Shown one piece after another: positions 7,932-18,100 of a stretch of 64,000 nucleotides of DNA. A program made the position numbers and the translations under genes. Location of the stretch: positions 32,001-96,000 of the forward strand of contig JANNVQ010000005.1 of assembly GCA_031414535.1 (NCBI GenBank), in the 5' to 3' direction. This DNA comes from Gemmatimonas sp. (GTDB lineage Bacteria > Gemmatimonadota > Gemmatimonadetes > Gemmatimonadales > Gemmatimonadaceae). The notes below the pieces were generated by a model. It was not told the DNA's origin. It worked only from the letters and a program-made list of their open reading frames with translations, and made no database searches. The first letter of the stretch is position 1, and each line of letters opens with the position of its first letter.

Positions 7932-9350
7932 ATGATGCAGCCCGCGCCCATAGATCCTGAGCGGTCCATCGCCGCCTTGGTGGCGCCAGACATCCTCGAC
8001 TTGCTCGAGACGGATCCGCGCTCAATCGCTGCGGAGACGGAGGAATTGCATCCGGCGGACTTGGCAGACGTCGCCGAGTTGATTGACCGCAGCCTTGTGC
8101 TGCAACTGCTCTCCGCGCTGCCGGTGGCCCGTGCTTCGCAGGTCCTCGAGTACCTCAGCGAGGAACTGCGCAGCGAGATGCTCGAGACGATGGAACCCGA
8201 GCAGGCGGCCTCGCTGATTGCTGCGATGACGCCCGACGAGCGCGTGAGCGCGCTTGAGGGGATGGACGAAGAAACCGCCGACGAGATTCTCGAAGCGTTC
8301 CCGGAACGGGAACGAGCCGAGACAGAACGCCTGCTCCAGTACGAGCAGGATACGGCCGGCGGCCTGATGACCACGGAGTTTGTGTCCGTGCCGGAGTCCG
8401 ACACGGTTGAAGTCGCGCTGGCGGCCATTCGCACAATTGCGCGGGCAGGGCGCCGCGAGGCGATGCAAACGATTTATGTAGTCGACGCCAGAGGCGTCTT
8501 GACTGGCGTGATGTCCCTGCGCGAACTCTTGGCGGCACCCGAGGGCGCCATCCTCCACGAACTCGCTTGGAGCGAGGTCGTCACGGTGCCCGCCGACGCG
8601 CACCGCGAGACCGTGGCGCAGCTCACGTCCAACTACGACCTCGTGGCCGTGCCCGTCGTAGATGCCGACCGCCGTCTGCTCGGCGTCATCACCGTGGACG
8701 ACGTCATTGACGTTATTCAGGAAGAGCAGACGGAAGACGCGCAGAAGTTCGGCGGCTTGGAAGCGCTCGAGGACCCGTACCTCGAGGTGAGCTTCGGCGA
8801 GCTACTCAAGAAACGCACGCCATGGCTGCTCGTGCTCTTCGTCGGGCAGATGTTCACCGCGGCTGCGATGGGATTCTTTCAAGACTCCATAGCTGCGGCC
8901 ACCGTGCTCGCGCTGTTTGTACCGCTGATTATCTCGTCGGGTGGTAACTCCGGTTCGCAGGCTACCTCGCTGATTATCCGTGCGATGGCGCTGCAAGAAC
9001 TCGGGCCACGCGACTGGAGTCGCGTGCTCGCGCGCGAAGCCGGCATGGGACTCGTGCTCGGCTTTCTCCTTGGCATCGTTGGCGTGCTGCGCATTCTCAT
9101 CTGGCAGTGGATGGGCTTCTATCCGTTTGGCGATCACTACGTGCTCTTGGCCACGACCATCGGCACCACGGTGGTGGGCGTCGTGCTCTTCGGTACGCTC
9201 ACCGGCGCGATGCTGCCCTTCTTGTTGCGTCGCGTGGGCTTTGACCCCGCGTCGGCATCTGCACCGCTGGTGGCCACGCTCGTAGACGTAACCGGCGTGG
9301 TGCTCTACTTCTCGTTGGCGCTACTGCTGCTACGCGGGACATTGCTCTGA
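7932..9350 (+). CDS. mgtE: Magnesium transporter MgtE
   Basis: LHPADLAD N-domain, CBS pair (TAGGLMT, GVITVDDVID), GGNSGSQ, DPASASAPLVATLVD. Confidence 0.96.
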   Translation: MMQPAPIDPERSIAALVAPDILDLLETDPRSIAAETEELHPADLADVAELIDRSLVLQLLSALPVARASQVLEYLSEELRSEMLETMEPEQAASLIAAMTPDERVSALEGMDEETADEILEAFPERERAETERLLQYEQDTAGGLMTTEFVSVPESDTVEVALAAIRTIARAGRREAMQTIYVVDARGVLTGVMSLRELLAAPEGAILHELAWSEVVTVPADAHRETVAQLTSNYDLVAVPVVDADRRLLGVITVDDVIDVIQEEQTEDAQKFGGLEALEDPYLEVSFGELLKKRTPWLLVLFVGQMFTAAAMGFFQDSIAAATVLALFVPLIISSGGNSGSQATSLIIRAMALQELGPRDWSRVLAREAGMGLVLGFLLGIVGVLRILIWQWMGFYPFGDHYVLLATTIGTTVVGVVLFGTLTGAMLPFLLRRVGFDPASASAPLVATLVDVTGVVLYFSLALLLLRGTLL

Positions 9351-10243
9351 TCACGCAACGCAAGGCGGCGCTCTACATCGTCATTGCGGCGAGCGCCTAC
9401 GGATCTTTGAGCATCGTGACGACGCTGGGCGGACGCATCGGCGTCAGCCTCCTCACGATGATGGCTTGGCGCTACGCACTGGCCACGCCGATCCTCGCCA
9501 TCATCGCCGGCCCGCGCCGCTTGGCGGCCGTACCTTGGCGTCGCGGGCTCGCCTTGTTTGTGGTGGGCGGCAGCGGACAGGCTTTGGTTACCTACTTCTC
9601 GCTCTCGGCGCTCGCCTGGCTGCCCGCGGCCTCGCTGGGATTCCTCTTCTATACCTATCCCGCCTGGGTGGCGATTTTCGCGGCCATGAGCGGACTCGAG
9701 AAGCTCACCCCTGTGCGCATCGTCGCGCTCGCGGTGGCGCTCTTTGGCATCACGCTCATGGTGGGCGCACCCTGGAACCTCGCCCTGCCCTGGCCTGGCG
9801 TGTGGCGCGCGCTGCTCAGCGCTGTGATCTATGCCCTGTACATCCCACTGTTACAGAGACTGCGCGGTCCCTTGGACCCTGCGACGGCCTCGGCGTATTT
9901 GATAGCGGGTGCGGCGACCATATTCTTGATCGCTGCTGTACGTAAAGGTGGCGTGCTGCTCGAGATGCACAGCGCGTCCGCGTGGGGGCTCGCCGCAACC
10001 CTTGCGCTGTATTCCACGGTAATCTCGTTCCTCACTTTCTTGCGTGGATTAGAAGTGTTGGGCCCCGTGCGCTCGGCAATTCTGTCCACGACTGAACCGC
10101 TCTTCACCGCTGTACTGGCCTTGCTCATCCTCAATCAAGCACTCGGCGTGCCGACGCTGATTGGCGGGGCTTGCATCGTCGCGGCAATTCTCATCCTCGA
10201 ACGGGCCACTCCACCGACCGATGAACTCCCCCACGCGGCCTGA
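9347..10243 (+). CDS. DMT/EamA family transporter (probable CTG start at 9347; first standard start is TTG 9407)
   Basis: Hydrophobic two-repeat architecture, LFYTYPAWV, GPVRSAILSTTEP. The frame upstream of 9407 encodes TM1, which aligns with the neighbouring paralog. Confidence 0.85.
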   Translation: MITQRKAALYIVIAASAYGSLSIVTTLGGRIGVSLLTMMAWRYALATPILAIIAGPRRLAAVPWRRGLALFVVGGSGQALVTYFSLSALAWLPAASLGFLFYTYPAWVAIFAAMSGLEKLTPVRIVALAVALFGITLMVGAPWNLALPWPGVWRALLSAVIYALYIPLLQRLRGPLDPATASAYLIAGAATIFLIAAVRKGGVLLEMHSASAWGLAATLALYSTVISFLTFLRGLEVLGPVRSAILSTTEPLFTAVLALLILNQALGVPTLIGGACIVAAILILERATPPTDELPHAA

Positions 10244-11129
10244 GCAGCCGGATGCTGGCGCCCTCAGCGCTGGCACGCTCTACACACTGCTCGCCGCGGC
10301 GGGATTCGCCGCCGTGAGCATCTTCACCTCGCTCGCCATTGCCGCGGGCCTCTCGCTGGCGACCGTGCTCGCGTGGCGTTACACCATCTCGGCCGTCGCC
10401 CTCACTGGATTCGTGGGCGCGCGTAACTACAAGCGCATTCGCCCCAATGAGATGATGCGCCTCATCGCGCTTGGTGGAGGCGGTCAAGCGCTGCTCGTGT
10501 ACGTCGCGCTCAGCGCGCTCAAGTACATCCCGGCTGCAACGCTGGCGTTCTTGTTTTATACGTATCCGGCCTGGGTAGCATTGGTGCAGAGCGTGCGTGG
10601 CGCCGAGAAGCTCGATGCACGGCGCGGACTCGCGCTCGCGTTGAGCTTCGCGGGCATCGGTGTGATGGTGGGCATGCCGGGCGCCGAGCAGTTGGATTGG
10701 CGTGGCATCGCACTCGCGCTCGGTGCGGCGGCGATCTACGGCGCCTACATCCCGATGATGCGTTGGCTCGCGAAGGATCATCCGGTGGCACCGGTGTCGG
10801 CGTACGGAAAGATTGGTTCGGCGCTGGCGTTTCTTGTGCTCGCCGTGGCCGACCAATCGTTCACGTGGCAGATGGAGCCGCGCACTTGGCTCGTGATTGG
10901 CGCGCTCTCGCTGTTTAGCACGGTGCTGCCGGGTGTGTTCTTCCTGATGGGACTCGTGCGTCTCGGCCCCGTGCGCACCGCGATTGTGTCGACTGTTGAG
11001 CCCTTCCTGACCGCATTGCTCGGCGTGCTCGTGCTCTCGCAGTCGCTGACCTTGCCCACCGTGCTCGGTGGCGTGCTGATTATCTGTGCGGTGGTGTTGC
11101 TCCAGTTCCGGCGTGATCGAGTGGCCTGA
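10221..11129 (+). CDS. DMT/EamA family transporter (tandem paralog)
   Basis: LFYTYPAWV and GPVRTAIVSTVEP. The ATG at 10221, overlapping the upstream gene end, is preferred over 10161. Confidence 0.87.
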   Translation: MNSPTRPEQPDAGALSAGTLYTLLAAAGFAAVSIFTSLAIAAGLSLATVLAWRYTISAVALTGFVGARNYKRIRPNEMMRLIALGGGGQALLVYVALSALKYIPAATLAFLFYTYPAWVALVQSVRGAEKLDARRGLALALSFAGIGVMVGMPGAEQLDWRGIALALGAAAIYGAYIPMMRWLAKDHPVAPVSAYGKIGSALAFLVLAVADQSFTWQMEPRTWLVIGALSLFSTVLPGVFFLMGLVRLGPVRTAIVSTVEPFLTALLGVLVLSQSLTLPTVLGGVLIICAVVLLQFRRDRVA

Positions 11130-11270
11130 ACTGCGTTCACCACGGAGGCGCGGAGGCGCGGAGACTGCTAGAGATTTTTTGGGGGTCCGCACCGAGACAT
11201 TGGTGCACCCCCTCGCTTTTCCTTGCTTCTGCAGTTCTCCGAGACTCTGTGCCTCCGTGGTGAAGCAGTT
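11129..11270. repeat. Long palindromic REP/MITE-like element filling the gap between convergent stops
   Basis: ~40-bp imperfect arms, aactgcgttcaccacggaggcgcggagg... and ...ctctgtgcctccgtggtgaagcagtt, with an inner ggggg..gcacc / ggtgc.ccccc stem. Confidence 0.8.
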
Positions 11271-11963
11271 TCAACCGGTTCGGCGGAACAAAATCACGCC
11301 ACCCACGAGGGAGATGATGGCAAAGGCGAACCACTGCGCCGCGTAGGAGCGGTGCGGCCCAGCGTCGAGGACTGGCGGTGGCAGGCGACGCGGCACAGAG
11401 TCTGCGCGCGCGGCGGAGTCGGAGGTCATCACAAGTTGCACGGGTGCCACCGGGCGACCAAAGCGCGCTTCCGCGGCCTTCACGTTGAGCGAGCGAATGA
11501 GAGTGGGCCGGTCGGCTGGCGGCGCGGGGCCGTCGGGAATGAGCGGCACGAGGTAGCCGCTCAAAGTCACGAACTCCCCTTCGCGCCAGCGCGGCAGATC
11601 TGCCGTGGCTGCGTCCGCCGCATACACCCAGCCGCGCGTGACGAGCAGCAGGGTGTCGTAGCCCGGGCGCTCGAGTGGGGTGAGGAGATGCACGCCGGGC
11701 GAGCCGTTGGATGGCCGCGAGGCGTGAATCTGCTCCACGTCGTAGCGGAAGAATCCGCTCACGGTGACGCGGGTCCAGCGTGAACCGGCGGTGTCGCTGG
11801 CGAGATTGCCGAGCGGCACGGGCGCGGCGGCGAGGCGCTCCACGAGGCCCTGATTGAGGGCGGCGCGTTCGCCGTGGCGGACGAGTTGCCAGACGCCGAG
11901 GCGAGCGAAGAGCGCGGCGAAGGCCAGCGGAATCAGCAAGGACAGGATGGACTTAACGCGCAT
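11271..11963 (-). CDS. SURF1 family protein
   Basis: LGVWQLVR after the N-terminal TM, LLTPL, LVTRGWV, and H.SYAAQWF before the C-terminal TM. Confidence 0.92.
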   Translation of the reverse strand: MRVKSILSLLIPLAFAALFARLGVWQLVRHGERAALNQGLVERLAAAPVPLGNLASDTAGSRWTRVTVSGFFRYDVEQIHASRPSNGSPGVHLLTPLERPGYDTLLLVTRGWVYAADAATADLPRWREGEFVTLSGYLVPLIPDGPAPPADRPTLIRSLNVKAAEARFGRPVAPVQLVMTSDSAARADSVPRRLPPPVLDAGPHRSYAAQWFAFAIISLVGGVILFRRTG

Positions 11964-12062
11964 GGAGGTAAGGATAATCCAGAGCCGGCCCCATCCAGTC
12001 CGCCCACCGGAGGAGGCACAAAATGTGCTTTAGTTTTGGACGAGGGCAAGAGTGCCCCGTCC

Positions 12063-12078
12063 TGTGACATAAGTCACA
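12063..12078. promoter_or_regulatory. CRP/FNR-family-type palindrome TGTGA-N6-TCACA
   Basis: tgtgacataagtcaca is an exact CRP core consensus, in the divergent SURF1 / giant-gene intergenic region. Confidence 0.6.
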
Positions 12079-12097
12079 CGGGCTGCTGGATTTGCGT

Positions 12098-12165
12098 CCT
12101 GTCGGCCCGGGCTGTGGACAGGTAATTTTGTGTCGCGTCCCCACATATAATAAGGAAGTATCTAC
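12098..12165 (+). promoter_or_regulatory. Promoter/RBS region of the 6461-aa gene
   Basis: cctgtcggccc box 68 nt before GTG, TATAAT at 12146-12151, AAGGA at 12152-12156; the same layout recurs at 31678-31745. Confidence 0.55.
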
Positions 12166-15100
12166 GTGCCACGACCGGCCCAGCGCCGCCTCGTCTATCT
12201 GACGACGGCCTTCGCCCTCTCCCTCCTTTCATGCGGCCGTGAAGTCACCGGCCCTGAAAATGGGATCACGATTGGCCGGCGCATCGGGAACATTGCGATA
12301 GCACCGCAGATGCCAACGCTGATGCAGGTGGTGCAGGGCGCCGGAGACGCGGTGCCATTCACTCGGGTGCGCGTGGTGCTGCGCAACGTGGACGGATCCA
12401 TCGCGAAGGACACGATGGTGGACTTCCCGTCGAATGCCGATTCCGTGGCACTCGCGCTGCAATTGCCGATACCCCTCACGTCGCCCGACAGCGGACTCGC
12501 ACTCTCGCTGACTATGGCCTACGTGAATGCCAGCGGCGACACGGTGTTCCGCGGTGGACCAAACTCGATTGTGGCGCGCCCGTTGGGGACGAGCGGCGCC
12601 AACGTTCCGGTGGTCATCCCGGTGACCTACGACGGCGCTGGTAAGGATGCGGCTCGCGTAGCCATCACGCCCAAGACTGGCACGGGCGTCGCGGGGACGA
12701 CGCGGGCTTTCAGTGGCACGGCCTTCGATGCACAGAACGCGCCGATTGCCAATACGCCATTTGTCTTCTTTTCCACCGACACCTTGCGCGCCAAGGTGAA
12801 CGCCTCGACGGGCGTCGCCAGCTGGCAGGCCGTGCGCGGACTCGCCCGCATTGTGGCAGCACTACCGAACGGCAATCGCGCGGACACCGCCACCTTCCTC
12901 ATCTCGCTACCGGCGTCCAAGCTCGTGCTCGGAGCCGGCGCTGCGCAGACGGGCGCCGTGAATGCGCCATTGGCTGATTCCATCGTACTGCGCACGCTGG
13001 CCAGCGACGATGTGCCCGTGGGGGGCGTCATCGTCAACTTCGTCGTGGCTACCGGTGGCGGCAGTCTGCTCGCGTTGACGGACACCTCCGACATCAACGG
13101 CAACGTGTCCACCAAGTGGACGCTCGGCGCCGCGCTTGGCGCGCAGACCATCACGGCCACGGCCACCGGTCTCACCGGCTCGCCGTTGACGGGCTCGCCA
13201 TTCACCATCAGCGCCACTGGCGTCGCTGGCACGGCGTCGCGGCTTGATATCACGGCGCAGCCGAGCTCAGCCACGGCAGGTGTACCGTTCGCCCCGGCCA
13301 TCGTGGTGCAGGCGCGTGATGCGTTCGGCAATCTCGCCACGAATTTCACTGGCAACGTCAGCATCGCAATGACCGGAGCTCAGGCTCCGCCGCTCGGCGG
13401 CACCGCCATTCGCGCGGCCGTCGGCGGCATCGCCACGTTCAGCGATCTCAGCATCAACGTGGTCGGCAGCTACACGCTCGCCGTCACGAGTGGCGCGCTC
13501 ACGCCCGATACGACGACGAGCATCGGCATCAGGCCCGCCGCAGCGGCCGTGCTTGAGTTCGTGTCGGAGCCCGCGGGCGCCGTGGCCGGCGCAGCCTTCG
13601 TACCGCCGGTGACGGTGCGTGCACGCGATGCATTCGGTAATGTGGACACCGCGTTCACGGGGACCGTCGCACTCAGCCTCTTGAACGGCGGTAGCGCCGT
13701 GCTGAGCGGTAGCACCTCGCAGGCGGCCGTGAGCGGTCTCGCCACGTTCAGTTCGCTCTCAGTGAACCTCGTCGGCGCTACGTACAGCCTACGGGCCAAC
13801 TCCGGCGCGCTCACGCCCGATACCAGCAGCGTGTTCGGCATCACGCCCTCGGCACCGACGCAGATCTCACTCATCGGCGGCGGCGCGCAGACGGGTGCGG
13901 TGAGCGCAGCACTGGCGCAGCCGATCGTCGTGGAAGTGCGCGACGCTCAGGGCAACCTGGTGCCAGGCGCGACCGTGAACTTCAGCATCGTCACGGGCGG
14001 CGGCACGGCACTCCCGCCAAACGCCGCTACGAATGCCTCAGGCCAGGCCTCCACCGTGTGGACCATGGGCAGCGCGCTTGGTGCTCAGGAAGCGAGAGCC
14101 TCGCTCGCGGTAGCGCCCACGGTGTTCGTGGCCGTGCCGGCCACTGCTACACCGGGCGTGCCAGCGCAGGTGGTGATCACGCAGGCACCGAGCGCCGCGG
14201 TTGCGGGCACGGCCTTCGCGCCCGTGGTGACGGCGGAAGTGCGCGACGCCAGCGGGAATGTGGTGACGAGCTTCGCTGGTAACGTCTCGCTCACCTTCGG
14301 TTCAGCGCCGCCAACAGCGGCCTTGTTTGGCACGACAACGGTCGCGGCCGTGAATGGCGTCGCGACGTTTAACGGACTGAGTGCTCAGAGGGCCGGAGCG
14401 GGCTACACGCTCGTCGCATCTGCGGCGGGCTTCAACTCCCTGCCCTCGGCGGTGTTTGCCGTGGCACCGAGTACGCCGGCGCAGTTCGGCATTCTGGACG
14501 GCAACAATCAGACTGGCGTGGCGGGCGGAGTATTCCCAAGCCCGCTGCGCGTGTACGTACGCGACCAGTTCGGCAATCCGATTGCTGGAGCCGTGACGAG
14601 TTGGAACGCACAGGGCGTGGTCACCTTGGCACAGACCTCCGTGCTCAGCGACGTGAACGGCGTTGCGGCGAACACCGCGACTATGGGGTCAATCCCAGGC
14701 GCGCAGGCCCGCGGACCGACAGTCACCACGGCTGGCGTTGATACCACGGTCATCTTTGCGCACACGGTCACCGCTGGCGCAGCCGCGCAGGTGGTGGTCA
14801 CGCAGGCGCCGAGCGCTGGTGTGGCGGGCGTGGCCCTACCGGTGCTTGTCGCAGAAGTGCGCGACGCACTGGGTAACGTCGTTCCCACGTACACGGGACT
14901 CGTCGAGGCCGCGCTGAGCACCAACCCCAGCAGCACGACGCTGGCCGGTACGCTCTCCGTGAACGCGGTGGCCGGTGTTGCCACCTTCAACAACCTCATT
15001 ATCAATGGCGCTGCGGTTGGCTACAGGCTCCGAGCACGATTGAGTGTTGAGGGCTACGAGTCTGCGGAATCAGCAGCTTTCAACGTGGCCGCGGCAGCCC

Positions 15101-18100
15101 CCGCTTCGATTGCCTTTGTGAGCGGACAGACCCAGAGCGGTGCGGCCGGCGCGTTGATGCCGGATAGCATCATCGTCGTGGTGCGTGACGCATTCAATAA
15201 TCCTGTTGCTGGCCAGTCGGTGACGTTTGCCGCGCTTGCCGGCGCGTCGAGCGTGTCGCAGACCTCCGTCCTCACTAACGCTGCGGGACGTGCGGCCGTC
15301 CGCGCCAACTTCGGCAACACGGTGGGCGGTCCGCTGCCAGGCGTGCGCGCCACAACGCCTGGCGTTGGGACGGTGCTTGAGACAACGGTGAGCATCGCAG
15401 CCGGCGCAGCCTCACAGTTGGCGGTGACCACGACGCCGTTCGCGAGCGTGATTGCGGGCACACCGTTCAGCATCAGCGCTCTGGTGCGCGATGCACTCGG
15501 CAACACTGCCGTGGCGTTCACGGATTCCATTAGCATTGCGATTCTCAGTGGTCCTGGCGGTGCAACGTTGAGCGGAATCACCAGACTTCCCGCTGTGACG
15601 GGAGCTCGTGAGTTCGCAGCGCTCAGCCTCGACCGCGCGGGCACATACCAGCTCGTGGTCTCCGCCACGGGCTTGGCGAGCGCGAACACGTTCAGCTTCA
15701 ACGTCACGCCTGCCGCCGCCGCAACGCTCACGCTCGCGGGTGGCAACGCCCAGACCGGCGCGGTCAACACCACGTTGGCGAATTCGCTGGATGTGCAGGC
15801 CCGCGATGCATTCAATAACGCCATCGTTGGCGCGTTGGTCACGTGGACGGTGTCCTCAGGCGCCGCGAACATGACGGTCACCACTTCGCTCACTGACGCC
15901 AACGGTGTCGCGAGCAGCGGGGTGGTGCTCGGGACTACGACAGGGGCCGTGACGGTGGCGGCCACGCTGGCACCCTTGCCCGCCGTGAACTTCACCGCAA
16001 CGGCCACGGCTGGCGCGCCGGTTTCACTGGCTGAAGTCGTAGCGCCCACGAGTGGTATCGTCGGCACGGCGCTGCCCAGCTTCAGCTACGTCGTGCGGGA
16101 TCAGTTCGGCAATACGGCCACGAGCCACAACAACGTGACGGCCTTTGCCACGCTGCAGAACGCCGCTGCTGGCCAGGGAACACCGGAAGTCATCAGTGGC
16201 GCGAGCGTCCTGGTCGCAAACGGCGTCGCGACGTGGAACGGGTACATCGCGAGGACGGCGGGCCAGTATCGCATCGTCGCAGACTTCGGTGGCACGCTGG
16301 GTACGATCACCAGCGGGATCATCACCATCGCGCCGGGCGCGGCCGCCGTGCTCGAGAGCGTGAGTGGTGATGCGCAGAGTGGCGTGGTGGTAACCAACCT
16401 CGCCAACCCACTGCGCGTGCGCGTCACCGACACGTACGGCAACGGTGTCAGCGGCGTGACGGTGAACTTCAGCAGCCTCGGGGGATTTGCGAGCTTCTCT
16501 AATCCGGTGCCCGTCACGGACGGCGCAGGCGTCGCCGAGGGTGTCGTGACCTTAGGCGATTCGGCGACGGTGGTAACTCTGGTCGCAACTGTGGCTGGCC
16601 TCACGCCGGACTCGTTGCTCTTCACGGCGACTGCGCTTCCTGGCGCCGCCAACGGATTCTTCCTCGTGAGCGGCGACGCGCAGACGGCGCAGGCGGGCGT
16701 CGCGGCACCAGACTCGGTGATCGTGCGCGTGCACGATGCATACGGCAACAACGCGCCGGGCGTGACCGTGACCTTCTCCACGGCCGATGACCTCACGTTC
16801 AGCAACGCGGTGGTCGTATCGGACGCCGCGGGCCTCGCTGCTACGCGGGTCATCGCGGGCGCGTCGCTCAGCTTGCGGAACTTCACCGCCGGCGCCGCGG
16901 GCGCGAGCCCCATCGCGCTTACGGTGACGGTCGTACCTGGCGATGCCACAACGATTGACATCGTCTCGGCGGCGGTCGCGTCCACAATAGCAGGGCTGAC
17001 GCTTGATCCCGTGACGGTCAACCTGCGCGATGCGCTGGGCAATGTCGCCACGGCGTACACGGATTCCGTGGTGGTGAGCATCCAGACGGGCCCGGTTGGC
17101 GCGACGCTGGGCGGTACGCTGCGTCGAGCCGCGCCTGGCGGCGTGGCAAGCTTCACCAATCTCTCGCTCGACTTGGCTGGTGCGTACAGCCTGCGCGTGG
17201 AGCGCGCCGGACTCACGTCCGACACGACGCCCACGTTCAACATCAGCGCCGCGGCTCCGGCCTCGGTGACGCTCATCTCCGGTAACACGCAGTCTGGCGC
17301 GGTGAGCAGCACGCTGCCGCTGCCGCTGGTGGTGGAAGTACGCGATGTATTCAACAACGTGGTGCCAGGCGCTGGTGTGCTGTGGAGCGTCACGACGAGT
17401 GCCGCGACCCCCGGCAGCAGCGCAGTGATCACAGACGCCAATGGCCGTGCGAGCACGACGCTGCAACTCAGCACCGTGCCGGGCCCGGCGGTGGTGAATG
17501 CCACGGTGCTCGCGCTGACGCCGGTGGTGTTCAATGCGACCGCGGTGGCTGGCACGGCGGTGACGCCCGTGGAGACTGTGGCGCCAGCTGGTGCTACGGC
17601 AGGCGCAGCGCTCGGCTCCTTCAGCTACTCCGTGGAAGACCAGTTCGGTAATCTCGCAACGAGCTACAGCGGCACCGCGACGGTCTCGCTGCAGCAGGCC
17701 GACGCCGGCCAGCCAGTCCCGGTCATTGTCAGCGGTGATACCGCCGCTGTCGTCAACGGCGTTGCGACTTGGAACGCACTTCTCGTCACGTCGGCGGGCC
17801 AGTACCGGATTGTCGCGGACTTCGGTGGCACGCTGGGCACGGTCACGAGCGGCATCATCACGATTGCACCAGCAGCGGCATCCGTTCTCACGGCGGAATC
17901 GGGCGGTGGACAGTCCGGCGTCGTCCTGACGGACCTCCCCCAGCCCTTCGTGGCGCGCGTCACCGACGTCTACGGCAACGGCGTGCCCGACGTCTTGGTG
18001 AACTGGAGCGCCCCGGCCGGCTTCTTCACCTATCCCGCCGTGGTGACGGGATCCGACGGCCGGTCCGTCAACGGGGGCAGGCTGACTGACTCCGCGACCA

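Noticed and set aside
13171..13200. 15-bp tandem duplication (LTGSP x2) absent from the paralog
   Set aside because: Real but a minor in-frame indel with no evident consequence.
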